Assembly (NCBI GenBank): GCA_963663385.2
Contig: CAXXXD010000002.1
Coordinates: forward strand, 928,001 to 992,000
Length of the DNA stretch: 64,000 nucleotides
Direction of reading: 5' to 3'
Origin: Oceanispirochaeta sp.
GTDB taxonomy: Bacteria; Spirochaetota; Spirochaetia; DSM-2461
Both the position numbers and the translations under genes were made by a program. Every line of letters begins with the position of its first letter. The first letter of the stretch is position 1. Under the pieces are notes generated by a model. The model searched no databases and was not told the origin of the DNA. It saw only the letters and a list, made by a program, of their open reading frames with translations. Shown here piece after piece: positions 48,626 through 58,470 of the stretch.

Positions 48626-49618
48626 ATGGGTAAGATAAATTTGAAGGATATTGCCGAAGAGTGCGGGGTCAGCATCAGCACTGTCAGCCGGGTGATCAAT
48701 GATCCCGATCAGGTTCAGGCCGGAACGCGGGAAAACGTCTATAAAGCAATGCGGGATCTGGGGTATAAGCCGAGTCTTAAAACAGAAACCGGAAAACAGG
48801 GGCATGGCGCCGTTGCTCTGATAACATCCTGCTCGGGATCGGAGTTCTTTACAGATTTTATGATTGCCCTCCAGGATGAGTTCTCACGACATAATCTGTA
48901 TCCTCTGCTGATTGATACGAGGGGTGAACTCTCTCTCTCTGCTTTTATCGGGCGTAACAGTTCATGGGTGAATCTGGTGGATGCGGCTATTGTATTCTAC
49001 TGTCAGATTGATGAACTGGCCCGGGATTTCCTGAAGGAACACAACCTGCCGACAGCAGTTGTCCACAACCGCTGTCCCTATTTCTATTCCATAATGAATA
49101 ATGATTATCTTGGCGGGTATGATGCGGCCGCCTATCTGTGGGATAAAGGATACCGCCGGTTCTCCCTGATAGACTGGGATAAAAAAGAAGAGGATAAGAG
49201 CGGGGGCAGAAAAGCAGGATTTTTCCAGTTCCTGAAAGAAAAGGATATTGATCCGGATAAGGATATACGGCAGCAGACCGAGCGGATAAGTATGGAAGGG
49301 GGGTATAAGGCTACGGAGAGGCTGCTGGAGAAGGGCAGGCCGGATGTAGTATTTTACGCCTGCGATACCATGGCCATGGGCGGAATTGAGTACTGCCGTG
49401 AGCAGGGGATTCGTATCCCCGAGGATCTGGCCATAATGGGATTTGATGATATCCGTATGGCCGAGGCCATGAACCTGACTACGATGAAACAATTTATTTC
49501 AAGCAAGGCCCGTTCCGTATCCCGGCATATTCTGGATGGACTGAACGGAGCCATCCCCCCGGAATTCCCGGAGGAAGTTACCATTACTCCCATAGTGGTG
49601 GAACGGAAAACAACCTGA
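48626..49618 (+). CDS. LacI-family regulator lacking the canonical hinge helix
   Basis: LKDIAEECGVSISTVSRVIN, RIPEDLAIMGFDD; hinge reads GYKPSLKTETG. Confidence 0.9.
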   Translation: MGKINLKDIAEECGVSISTVSRVINDPDQVQAGTRENVYKAMRDLGYKPSLKTETGKQGHGAVALITSCSGSEFFTDFMIALQDEFSRHNLYPLLIDTRGELSLSAFIGRNSSWVNLVDAAIVFYCQIDELARDFLKEHNLPTAVVHNRCPYFYSIMNNDYLGGYDAAAYLWDKGYRRFSLIDWDKKEEDKSGGRKAGFFQFLKEKDIDPDKDIRQQTERISMEGGYKATERLLEKGRPDVVFYACDTMAMGGIEYCREQGIRIPEDLAIMGFDDIRMAEAMNLTTMKQFISSKARSVSRHILDGLNGAIPPEFPEEVTITPIVVERKTT

Positions 49619-49632
49619 TATACTCTTTTTTT

Positions 49633-50580
49633 ATGAACAATATCTCTTATGCATCCTGTCGGATCTGCGGCCGTAACTGCGGTGTGGACCGTAGTAAAAC
49701 AACAGCCTGGTGCGGTCAGAAAGATACTATCCGGATGGCATGGGCCGGTCTTCACTTCGGCGAGGAGCCCCCGGTTACGGGGGAGGGCGGAAGCGGAACT
49801 CTCTTTTTTTCCGGCTGTACCCTGGGTTGTCCCTTCTGTCAGAACTGGCAGATCAGCCGGCATGGTATGGGAAAGGATATTTCCACAGAAGAGTTTGTCG
49901 CAATCTGCCGGGTATTGATGGATGCGGGGGCGGAGAATCTGAATCTGGTTACTCCCTCCCATTTTATCCCCGGTCTGGCGGAGCTTCTGCCCCTTCTGAA
50001 ATCGGAGGGTGTGAATCTTCCTGTTGTGTGGAACTCTTCCGGACAGGAGTCTCCCGAAGCCCTGGAGGCTGTGGCCGGTCATATTGATATATTCCTTCCT
50101 GATCTGAAAACCCTGGACCATCGGGTAGCCCGTGAGTACTACCGCTTTGAGGAATATCCCGGAGTAGCCGAACCGGCCATAAACAAGATGATTGAATCCC
50201 GTCCCCTGGAACTGGATAAAAAGGGTGTAATGAAAAGAGGCGTTCTTCTCAGGCATCTCATTCTGCCCGGTGAGATCGAATCAACAAGGCAGGTGCTGGA
50301 GTGGTTTGCCCGCAATGGCAGGGACCGGGCACTGCTGTCTCTCATGAGTCAGTACACCCCTGTCCCGACACCGGATTTTCCTCATGTCCGTCCGGACCGT
50401 TACCTTTCGGAAGATGAGTATGAACAGGTTCTGGAATGGCTGCAGGAGTATGACCTGGAAGACGGTTTCATTCAGGAGCTGATTACAGGGAGCGACTGGC
50501 TCCCCGATTTTAATAAACCCCGTCCGTTTTCGTCCGAACTGTCCAAAGCTCTCTGGCACTGGAAAGAAGGGTTTTTATAG
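49633..50580 (+). CDS. Radical SAM protein, PflX family
   Basis: C.IC.RNCGVDR, HFGEEPP, FFSGC...C.FCQN, NLNLVTPSH, RHLILPG, MSQYTP. Confidence 0.88.
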   Translation: MNNISYASCRICGRNCGVDRSKTTAWCGQKDTIRMAWAGLHFGEEPPVTGEGGSGTLFFSGCTLGCPFCQNWQISRHGMGKDISTEEFVAICRVLMDAGAENLNLVTPSHFIPGLAELLPLLKSEGVNLPVVWNSSGQESPEALEAVAGHIDIFLPDLKTLDHRVAREYYRFEEYPGVAEPAINKMIESRPLELDKKGVMKRGVLLRHLILPGEIESTRQVLEWFARNGRDRALLSLMSQYTPVPTPDFPHVRPDRYLSEDEYEQVLEWLQEYDLEDGFIQELITGSDWLPDFNKPRPFSSELSKALWHWKEGFL

Positions 50581-50584
50581 GAAG

Positions 50585-51112
50585 TTATAAAACTTTGATT
50601 TCTATCTTCTTACGGGGAAGAAAGGAGTATTTGAGACTCCCCTTTGGACAGGATGCTACACACTCCAGGCAGCGGGAGCAGCTGAAGGCATCACCCGATT
50701 TACTCTTGTCATCCTGATAGAGACTGTATTCTTCGTTTAGACTGGAAATATAACAGGTCTTATCGCAAATCCCGCAGGACGTACAGCTTTCCTGATCTCT
50801 GGTTATTCTGAAAAAGCTGTATTTATTCAGGAATCCCCCCACCCAGGCAATGGGACAGCCCAACTTATGGTATTGATACATTTGAGAGGCTTCGGATCCT
50901 TTCTTATTTCCTCCCATCATCAGTTCCATAATGAACCCCAGGGGACATATCCACCGGCAGAATACTTTTCCCAGGATGATTCCGGTAAATGATCCTCCGA
51001 TAAGAACATACAGGATGGGAATATGAAAGTAGGATGTTAAAGTATAAATACCCAGCCCTGCCAGAGCCTGAATGATTCGTCTTTTAGGTATTATGATTTT
51101 TGAATATTGCAT
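50585..51112 (-). CDS. Membrane 4Fe-4S binding protein (polyferredoxin-like)
   Basis: FCRWICPLG, CP, CTSCGICDKTC, CSRCLECVASCP. Confidence 0.8.
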   Translation of the reverse strand: MQYSKIIIPKRRIIQALAGLGIYTLTSYFHIPILYVLIGGSFTGIILGKVFCRWICPLGFIMELMMGGNKKGSEASQMYQYHKLGCPIAWVGGFLNKYSFFRITRDQESCTSCGICDKTCYISSLNEEYSLYQDDKSKSGDAFSCSRCLECVASCPKGSLKYSFLPRKKIEIKVL

Positions 51113-51223
51113 AAATACTATATAAGGTATAATTCAATCGTTGTCAATCGATTTTCACGGGAATCCGGCAAAACTGAAAACTCTGGATATAAAGCTTTTA
51201 TCCAGAGTTAATTCGGCGCAGAC

Positions 51224-51919
51224 TTATTCCGGACCGATTACCGTGCCCGTAAAATCCTCTTCGTTGAAAATCTTCCTGAGGTTGGGAAGATCCTTTCCGT
51301 CTGCAGCAATAACTTGCAGTTTCAGCTCTCTGGCTTTCTTTGTGGCAACAGGGTCAAAAGGCGTATTTTTACCAGGGGTCCAGACATCGCCGCACATCTT
51401 CTGATATTCGGTCCAGCTAATTTCATCAAGGGGTTTAGCATCTGGATTCAGGTTGGGATCGTCGGTATACACTTTTTTGATATTGGACAAATTCAGAATC
51501 GTATGCGCCTGGAAAGTTTCTGCCAGGAGTACCGCGTCGTAATCGGTGGACCATCCCGGTTTCCATCCCGCTGCCACCAGAACCCGGCCTTTCATGGATT
51601 TGACTACAGTAGGATCGGTTACGACAGGATCCTTGCACCACTCTCCCATAACGGCTTTCACCATCTGCGCATTCAGACGGGTCGCCATAATGCCTATCCA
51701 GTCCAACTCCTCGTCCGAGGGGGCTGCTTCGGTTTCCTTGTATGCCTGCTGATACTTCCGGGCCGGGGCTCCTCCGCCAATTATAAGGATAATTTTTCTC
51801 TCTTCATCCGCCTTTAACCAGTCTGTCAGAAAGTTTCGCATTTCCTTCAGAAAATCCGTGTCGATTACTTCGGGAGCGACAATTGAGCCTCCCAGATCCA
51901 GTACCTGAATTTTTTCCAT
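51224..51919 (-). CDS. pyrH: Uridylate kinase, archaeal/spirochaete type
   Basis: LGGS, GGG..AR.Y, LD.IGI.ATRLNA, PGWSTD, VYTDDP, PG.N.PFDP.A. Confidence 0.9.
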   Translation of the reverse strand: MEKIQVLDLGGSIVAPEVIDTDFLKEMRNFLTDWLKADEERKIILIIGGGAPARKYQQAYKETEAAPSDEELDWIGIMATRLNAQMVKAVMGEWCKDPVVTDPTVVKSMKGRVLVAAGWKPGWSTDYDAVLLAETFQAHTILNLSNIKKVYTDDPNLNPDAKPLDEISWTEYQKMCGDVWTPGKNTPFDPVATKKARELKLQVIAADGKDLPNLRKIFNEEDFTGTVIGPE

Positions 51920-52077
51920 ATGCCTCTCCCCGGTTTTCTGTATTACCATTCACAGGGCTCCGACCGGGCCTGTTTATGGTCGCCGCTATTGTATATGCTC
52001 TGCTTATTTTTTGACAAGACCTGCCGGAAGGGATTTGCCTTGACAGTACACCGTCCCGTCGGGGTATATTAGACCTT

Positions 52078-52749
52078 ATGAGAAAAATTATGACAGTTCT
52101 CCTGCTTTTGACAGCGGGACTCTATACGGCTGCCGCACAGGAAACGGCGGAAAAATATTTTGACAGGATTTCGGAATATTACGGATCAGTCAATGATTAC
52201 GAGGGTGATCTGATTATTACGAGGGGAGACCAGGAGCAGAAAGCCCGGATTTCCTATAAAATACCCAATATGCTCCGTCTGGACTTTTCCAGTCCCGAAG
52301 GGCAGGTCCTTGTTGTCAATAATGAAAAGCTGGAGCTCTATCTTCCCGAGTACAGAGTATCCTTTGTTCAGCCTGTCGGTAACCACTCCGACACGGCCCT
52401 GGCAAATATGGCCAATGCCCAGGGGCTGACTCTGATGAAACGAAATTACAGTATAGGTTATGTTTCCGGTCCGGAACCTGTTCCGCTGGATACGGGGTCG
52501 GAGGAGATCGTGACAAAACTGAGGCTCAGTACCCGGTCCAGCAGCGAGGGGTTCCGGGAAATGACCATGAGTATCGGCAGCAATAACCTGATCAGACGGA
52601 TAGAGGGGATTACCACAGGAATGGAAAAGATCGTTTTTGATTTTACCAATCTGGAAATAAACAGGGGTATTCCTGATGCCCGGTTTGATTACAAGAGTCC
52701 TCCCGAAGGAAATACCATTGAGAATTTTCTATTTGAACCTGAAAGTTGA
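52078..52749 (+). CDS. lolA: Outer membrane lipoprotein carrier LolA family protein
   Basis: Signal peptide, YK.PN.LR.DF..P..Q.LV, IN..I....F...PP.G; upstream of rodZ-rimO. Confidence 0.8.
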   Translation: MRKIMTVLLLLTAGLYTAAAQETAEKYFDRISEYYGSVNDYEGDLIITRGDQEQKARISYKIPNMLRLDFSSPEGQVLVVNNEKLELYLPEYRVSFVQPVGNHSDTALANMANAQGLTLMKRNYSIGYVSGPEPVPLDTGSEEIVTKLRLSTRSSSEGFREMTMSIGSNNLIRRIEGITTGMEKIVFDFTNLEINRGIPDARFDYKSPPEGNTIENFLFEPES

Positions 52750-52755
52750 GGCAGT

Positions 52756-53832
52756 ATGAAATCTATCGGAGAAACACTGAAAGAGGCCCGGGAGGCAAAA
52801 GGCAGTACCATACAGCAGATTTCCCTGGATTTGAATATATCCAGAGAGTATCTGGCAGCTCTGGAAGAGGAGCAGTTTGATATCTTCCCGGCCGAAACCT
52901 ACCTTCTGGGATTTCTGAGAAATTATTCGGAATACCTGGGTCTGGATGTGGATAAGAATATTAATCTGTATAAAAACTACAAGATCAGTGAAGAGCCGGC
53001 TCCCCTTGAAGAGCTGGTGGGTCAGCAGAAAATTTCTGCCGTCATTCCCCTGAGACTGTTCCTTATTGTCCTTGTTCTGGGCATTGTCGCAGCAGCCGGC
53101 TGGTTCGGGTACCGGTATTTTTCTCCGCGGCTGATGCAGAAAGAAGCGCCTGTTGAAATCTATAAAGGGGTGGATTACAGCCTGGATCTGAATTCGGCGG
53201 AGTGGCAGATGCATACGGGCGATCGTATTCTGGTCCCCCATGGTGACGGGGAACTGGTTATGAGGATCAGTCTTGAGGACAGGCGCTGCCGGATTGCCAT
53301 CTCTGATCTGGCAGATGAGGATATTATCCTTTTTCCCGGGGATGAAAAGATTCTGCCCGGGGGGGACGGTATACCTGTAATTCGTTTGAAACTGAATTCC
53401 CTTGATGAAAACGGGGCTCTTCTTCTGGTGGAAAGAACCGATGTGGTTACGGAAAACAATCCGGACAATGACGCGGAAGAGCTGATTCCACCCGTTGCCA
53501 GTATAAAAGAGGATGCGGAAAAAACGATTCTCACAGGATTGAATAAACCGGAAGACTTTACTTTAAATGCACAGTTCAGCAGCTACTGTCTCTTCCGTTA
53601 CCAGGCGGACGGGGCAGATTATGTGGAAAAGTACTACCGCGAGGGAGACCGTATTCGTCTGGGGGTTGAAAAACAGCTGATGATCTGGGGTTCCAGCGCC
53701 GGAGCTGTTTCTCTGTCTGTGAACGGCGTTAGTGTGGCGCAGGGAAAGTCCGGAGAAGTTCTAGTTAAATTAATACAGTGGGTGAAGAATGATGAAGGAA
53801 AATATGACCTCGTCCTCTTCCCTGTCCAGTAA
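52756..53832 (+). CDS. rodZ: RodZ-like protein (HTH, TM, periplasmic domain)
   Basis: IGETLKEARE, YLAALEEE.FD.FP..TY..GFLRNY.EYLGLD, one TM, C-terminal DUF4115-like GSSAGAV. Confidence 0.75.
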   Translation: MKSIGETLKEAREAKGSTIQQISLDLNISREYLAALEEEQFDIFPAETYLLGFLRNYSEYLGLDVDKNINLYKNYKISEEPAPLEELVGQQKISAVIPLRLFLIVLVLGIVAAAGWFGYRYFSPRLMQKEAPVEIYKGVDYSLDLNSAEWQMHTGDRILVPHGDGELVMRISLEDRRCRIAISDLADEDIILFPGDEKILPGGDGIPVIRLKLNSLDENGALLLVERTDVVTENNPDNDAEELIPPVASIKEDAEKTILTGLNKPEDFTLNAQFSSYCLFRYQADGADYVEKYYREGDRIRLGVEKQLMIWGSSAGAVSLSVNGVSVAQGKSGEVLVKLIQWVKNDEGKYDLVLFPVQ

Positions 53833-55159
53833 AACCTTTTATGTAGAGAATCTTGGTTGTTCTAAAAATCAGGTTGATGCAGAAACAATAATCTCGGCTC
53901 TGAAAAGAGCGGGATGGCAGTATTGTGACAGTCCGGACAGGGCTGAGTTGATAATTGTAAATACATGCGGGTTTATCAAATCCGCCAAAGAAGAATCCAT
54001 TCAGACTATTTTTGAGTACAGGGAACAGTATCCCGACAGGAAGGTTCTGGCGGCAGGCTGTTTTGCTCAGCGGTATAACGAAAATCTGATGGATATGATC
54101 CCCGAGCTGGATGGGGTGTTCGGAAACCGTGCTCCCGCTCTGATTCCGGATATTGTCAACGGTGTCATGAAGGGGGAAAAGCCCGTTTATGTACCCGAGC
54201 AGGATCTGAGGGTCCCCATGCGGGATGAGTTCCTCTCTTTTAAGGGGTCGGCATTTGTTAAAATAGGCGAGGGATGCAACAACCGGTGCAAGTTCTGTGC
54301 TATCCCCCTTATCAAAGGGGATCTGAAAAACCGGACAATCGAATCGATCATTGATGAAATCCGTGATCTCCTTGCAAAGGGCGTTTTTGAAATAAACCTG
54401 GTTTCCCAGGATCTGGCCAATTTCGGTATTGACCGGGGGCAGAGGGAACTTCCGGAGCTGCTCAAACAGATCTCCGCACTGGAAGGAAAATTCTGGCTGC
54501 GTCTGCTCTATATCCATCCGGATCATTTCCCTCTGGACATCCTGCCCCTGATGAAGGCTGACCCGAGGATCCTGCCGTACTTTGATATCCCCTTTCAGCA
54601 TGCCCATCCGGGAATTCTGAAAAGGATGGGACGGAAGGGCGACAGGGAGACTTATTTAAATCTGATACGCAGATTGAGAGAAGAATTTCCGGACGGTGTG
54701 ATCCGGTCGACCATTATGACCGGTTTCCCCGGAGAAAACAGGGAATCCTTTGCAGAACTGAGCCGCTTTCTGGAGGAAGCCCGCCTGGACTGGGTTGGTT
54801 TCTTTATCTATTCCAGAGAAGAGGGAACGGAAGCCTATCACTACAGGGGTGCTTTGGGAACGAAACTGGCCCTGCGCCGCGCTTCAAGGCAGAAGACCCT
54901 TCTGGAAAATCTGCAGAGTACAATTTCCGAAGAGCAGATGGAACGTTTTGTAGGGAAAGAGATGGTTCTTCTGGTGGAAGAAGCGGTTGAGGAAGAACCT
55001 CTGTATCTGACAAGGGCCGCTATACAGGCTCCGGAAGTGGATGGGCTGGTTGTGCTCCGTGCCGAAGGGCTTATCTCCGGACAGATCGTTAACGCCCGTA
55101 TCATAAGGCGGAACGGACTGGATCTGGAAGCGGTTCTGGTGGGAAACGGGGATGACTGA
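53804..55159 (+). CDS. rimO: Ribosomal protein S12 methylthiotransferase
   Basis: LGCSKN.VD.E, NTCGFI..AKEESI, EGCNNRCKFCAIP, APEVDG, TRAM domain. Confidence 0.93.
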   Translation: MTSSSSLSSKTFYVENLGCSKNQVDAETIISALKRAGWQYCDSPDRAELIIVNTCGFIKSAKEESIQTIFEYREQYPDRKVLAAGCFAQRYNENLMDMIPELDGVFGNRAPALIPDIVNGVMKGEKPVYVPEQDLRVPMRDEFLSFKGSAFVKIGEGCNNRCKFCAIPLIKGDLKNRTIESIIDEIRDLLAKGVFEINLVSQDLANFGIDRGQRELPELLKQISALEGKFWLRLLYIHPDHFPLDILPLMKADPRILPYFDIPFQHAHPGILKRMGRKGDRETYLNLIRRLREEFPDGVIRSTIMTGFPGENRESFAELSRFLEEARLDWVGFFIYSREEGTEAYHYRGALGTKLALRRASRQKTLLENLQSTISEEQMERFVGKEMVLLVEEAVEEEPLYLTRAAIQAPEVDGLVVLRAEGLISGQIVNARIIRRNGLDLEAVLVGNGDD

Positions 55160-57248
55160 TCCCGTCTGGCTGGATGCGCTTAACAAGGAGCAGAGACAGG
55201 CCGTTAAGCATGAACAGGCTCCTCTTCTGATCCTGGCCGGCGCCGGATCGGGGAAAACCCGTGTGGTTACCACCCGTATCGCCTACCTTGTCCGGAAAAT
55301 GGGCTTTCAGCCGCTCTCCATCCTTGCCGTGACATTTACCAATAAAGCAGCCGCAGAGATGCGGGAACGTGTGGAGCAGATGGTTCCCGAGGCGGAGGGC
55401 GTCATGATCCGTACGTTTCACTCCTTCGGTGCCTGGCTGCTGCGGCGGAACGGCTCGCCTCTGGGGCTTAAAAGCAGTTTCACCATCTATGATGATGACG
55501 ATACACTGGGGCTGTTGAAGACCCTTTTTGAGAATCTGTCCCGAAACGAACTGAAACTGATTGCCCGGAATATTTCCCGGGCCAAGGACGAATGCCTTAC
55601 CCCTGAGGATGATCTGGGGCATATCAGTGCCGACCCTGACTTCCCCGGATACTACGCCCGGTATGAGCAGAGGTTACGGGAGATCGGTAATGCCGATTTC
55701 GGGGACCTTATCTTTCTGACCAAAAGGCTTCTGGAAGAGAATAACCCCGTCCGGCAGCGGATACAGCAGCGTTTCCGTGTTATTCTGGTAGATGAATACC
55801 AGGACTCCAACCGGGCCCAGTTCCAGCTGCTGCAGCAGCTGGTTTCACCGGATACCTGGCTCTGTGTGGTGGGGGATGATGATCAGTCCATCTACCGTTT
55901 CCGCGGGGCCGAGGTGGAGAATATACTGGGGTTTAAGGATCACTTCCCCGGGACCCGGGTGATTAAACTGGAGGAGAATTACCGTTCCACAGGGCATATC
56001 CTGGCCGTTGCCTCCCATGTTGTTTCCCATAATGAGGGGCGTCTGGGGAAAAACCTGTGGACCAGAAAGGAAGAGGGGGTTAAACCCCGTCTTGTCTATC
56101 TCTCCGATCAGGAAGAGGAAGCCCGGTACTGTGCCGACATCCTTCAGGACGGGAATTTCGGTAACAGCGCCATACTATACAGAACCAACGCCCAGTCCCG
56201 GATCTTTGAGAAGGTGTTCCGTCAGCAGAATATCCCCTACAGACTGGTGGGAACCGTCAGTTTCTACAGCAGGGAAGAGGTGAAAGATTCCCTGGCCTAT
56301 CTGGGATTCCTCAGCAATCCGGCGGATGAGGTCGCTTTCAGGCGGATCATCAATAAGCCTGCCAGGGGGATCGGAGCGGTTTCTCTCAGGAAAATCCTGA
56401 CCCGAAACGGCCGGGAGATGGTTGTCCGGGATCTGGATGAAGCTCTCCTTTCCGCCGAAGGGTTCCTCAAAGGGAAGGCGGCCAAAGGGGTTAAGGCTCT
56501 TAACGAAGTCCTCCGGGAGTTGAGGGAAAGCCTGGGGCAGGATGAAAATCTGGGAGCCTACCTGAAGAATCTTGTGGTACTGACCGGTCTTCTTGATTAC
56601 TACCGGGAACAGGACCGTGTTGAAAATTCCCAGAGAGTGGGGAACCTGGAGGAGCTGGTTTCGGCTGCGTCGGATTATCCCTCCACTCCGGAGGGACTGG
56701 CGGAATTCCTGGAACTGATCGAACTGGACCAGTCTTCCCTTGAAGAGGAAGAGACGGACATCAACAGGGTTACCCTGATTACCATGCATAACACGAAGGG
56801 CCTGGAATTCGACCGGGTTTTCATTTCCGGAATGGAAGAGGGGCTGTTTCCCAGGGGCAGCCTTTATGATGATGAAGAGGAGATAGAGGAAGAACGGCGC
56901 CTTTTCTATGTCAGCATAACCAGAGCCCGGAAAGAACTCTATCTGACAAGCTGCCGCAGACGGATGCTCTACGGCCGTACGGAAGATGCACTTCCCAGCC
57001 GTTTCCTGGATGAACTGCCCGGGGAGCACATTGATGTGGAGGGAGGCGCGCCTTCAGTCCGGAACGAATCGGACTATCCTCCCGGTACCAGGCTTTATCA
57101 TGAGGACTATGGTGTGGGCGAGGTTGTGAGCAATGCGGAAAACGGGGGACATCTTGTTATTATGGTCCGTTTTGAAACCGGACAGTCCATGACTTTCCTG
57201 CCGGAATTCAACGGCTATCAACTGGAAAAACTGGGAGGTGAATGGTGA
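55152..57248 (+). CDS. uvrD: UvrD/PcrA-family DNA helicase
   Basis: AGAGSGKT, TFTNKAA, DEYQD, VGDDDQSIY.FRGA, NYRS, KGLEF, EERRLFYV.ITRA, C-terminal Tudor-like domain. Confidence 0.93.
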   Translation: MTDPVWLDALNKEQRQAVKHEQAPLLILAGAGSGKTRVVTTRIAYLVRKMGFQPLSILAVTFTNKAAAEMRERVEQMVPEAEGVMIRTFHSFGAWLLRRNGSPLGLKSSFTIYDDDDTLGLLKTLFENLSRNELKLIARNISRAKDECLTPEDDLGHISADPDFPGYYARYEQRLREIGNADFGDLIFLTKRLLEENNPVRQRIQQRFRVILVDEYQDSNRAQFQLLQQLVSPDTWLCVVGDDDQSIYRFRGAEVENILGFKDHFPGTRVIKLEENYRSTGHILAVASHVVSHNEGRLGKNLWTRKEEGVKPRLVYLSDQEEEARYCADILQDGNFGNSAILYRTNAQSRIFEKVFRQQNIPYRLVGTVSFYSREEVKDSLAYLGFLSNPADEVAFRRIINKPARGIGAVSLRKILTRNGREMVVRDLDEALLSAEGFLKGKAAKGVKALNEVLRELRESLGQDENLGAYLKNLVVLTGLLDYYREQDRVENSQRVGNLEELVSAASDYPSTPEGLAEFLELIELDQSSLEEEETDINRVTLITMHNTKGLEFDRVFISGMEEGLFPRGSLYDDEEEIEEERRLFYVSITRARKELYLTSCRRRMLYGRTEDALPSRFLDELPGEHIDVEGGAPSVRNESDYPPGTRLYHEDYGVGEVVSNAENGGHLVIMVRFETGQSMTFLPEFNGYQLEKLGGEW

Positions 57249-58051
57249 TGGGTATGGAACTGCTGCGGGAGATGCCTGTAATCCGGCGTGCACGGGAATT
57301 TCACCTTTATGATAATGCGGGGAAACGACTGCTGGACCTGTATCTGAACGGGGGAAAGGCTCTGCTGGGGCATCGCCCCGAGGGATTTTCCCTGATTGTA
57401 AAGAATACGCTGGCCCGGGGGGTAACAGCGGAATACCCATCCCACGAAGAGGGGAAAATGCTGAAAGCGGCTAAGGCCCTCTGGGGGAAAACTCACCCCC
57501 GGATCCGTTACTACCGGGATATGACCCGGCTGGGGATCTGGCTGTCCGATCAGAATCTGCTGCTCCCGGGTAATCCTGTTCCCGATCCGGTTCTGAATGA
57601 GACAGGGGAGGTTTCCCTGTGGCGGCCCTGGCTGACGGGGCTGAAGGCTCCCGGGATTTTTATCCCCGTTTTACCTGTTCCCGGTATGGAAACCGGGGTG
57701 CTGCTCTGTGCATCGGAGGGGATAAAAGATCTGCCGGAAGGGGATATCCCGTCTCCCGTCCTGGCGGCCGGACTCAGCCGCTGTCTCTGGTTACTTAAAT
57801 CGGTTATGGAGGAACACCCTTTATCGCCCCATGATTCCATGAGCGGGCTGCCGGTTTTTAAGGGGTGGGAGAGGAAAGGATCCTACCTTGTCTGGCTGGG
57901 AAAAAAGGACGATTATGCAGATATCTTTCGCCGGGCTCTGGAGGGAGGAATTTTGCTCCCTCCTGATCCGTCAATTCCTGCCGTGCTGCCCTATGAGCTG
58001 ACCAGCGGTGACAGAAAAGTACTGAATAAGCTTTTTTCCCAAGGAGAATAA
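57242..58051 (+). CDS. Hypothetical protein with a degenerate class-III aminotransferase (HemL-like) fold
   Basis: IRRA....LYD..G.R.LDL...GG..LLGH N-terminus and F...L..GILL C-terminus; central PLP-binding motifs not seen. Confidence 0.6.
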   Translation: MVMGMELLREMPVIRRAREFHLYDNAGKRLLDLYLNGGKALLGHRPEGFSLIVKNTLARGVTAEYPSHEEGKMLKAAKALWGKTHPRIRYYRDMTRLGIWLSDQNLLLPGNPVPDPVLNETGEVSLWRPWLTGLKAPGIFIPVLPVPGMETGVLLCASEGIKDLPEGDIPSPVLAAGLSRCLWLLKSVMEEHPLSPHDSMSGLPVFKGWERKGSYLVWLGKKDDYADIFRRALEGGILLPPDPSIPAVLPYELTSGDRKVLNKLFSQGE

Positions 58052-58054
58052 ACC

Positions 58055-58348
58055 ATGGATTACCCCGTAGTGCTTCTAGCAAAAACATCCGGAAGTTTTC
58101 TGGCAGCCTTTCTGGCCATCTGGGTGTGGACCAGGATCAGGGAGGAGGGCTGGGCCCTTCTTGTTCTGGGAACCCTGATCCAGTTTGCGGTTCTTCTCCT
58201 TGAAGTTCTGCTTATTTTCGGGATCCTCTCTCTGGAAGGGGCTCCGGGAAGAGCTGTCCCTCTCTGGTTCGGCATCCTCCAGGCACTGCCCTATCTGTTT
58301 TACTCCATGGGTTTCGGCTTTTTTGTTTACCGGAACAGGCATTACTGA
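58055..58348 (+). CDS. Small membrane protein (about 3 TM)
   Basis: AAGGAG SD, hydrophobic segments, operonic position. Confidence 0.65.
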   Translation: MDYPVVLLAKTSGSFLAAFLAIWVWTRIREEGWALLVLGTLIQFAVLLLEVLLIFGILSLEGAPGRAVPLWFGILQALPYLFYSMGFGFFVYRNRHY

Positions 58349-58470
58349 AAAAAACTTATAAAGTGTTTGACCGGATGCATTTCCTTATTGACAATTATTC
58401 TCTCCTGTGTGAAACTAACGAACCCGTTACGACTATATAAAAGACCTATTGGATAAGGCAGAAGAAAAGA

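Noticed and set aside
51224..51919. Archaeal-type UMP kinase as a sign of recent transfer from archaea
   Set aside because: This PyrH subtype is already known from spirochaetes; composition and context look native
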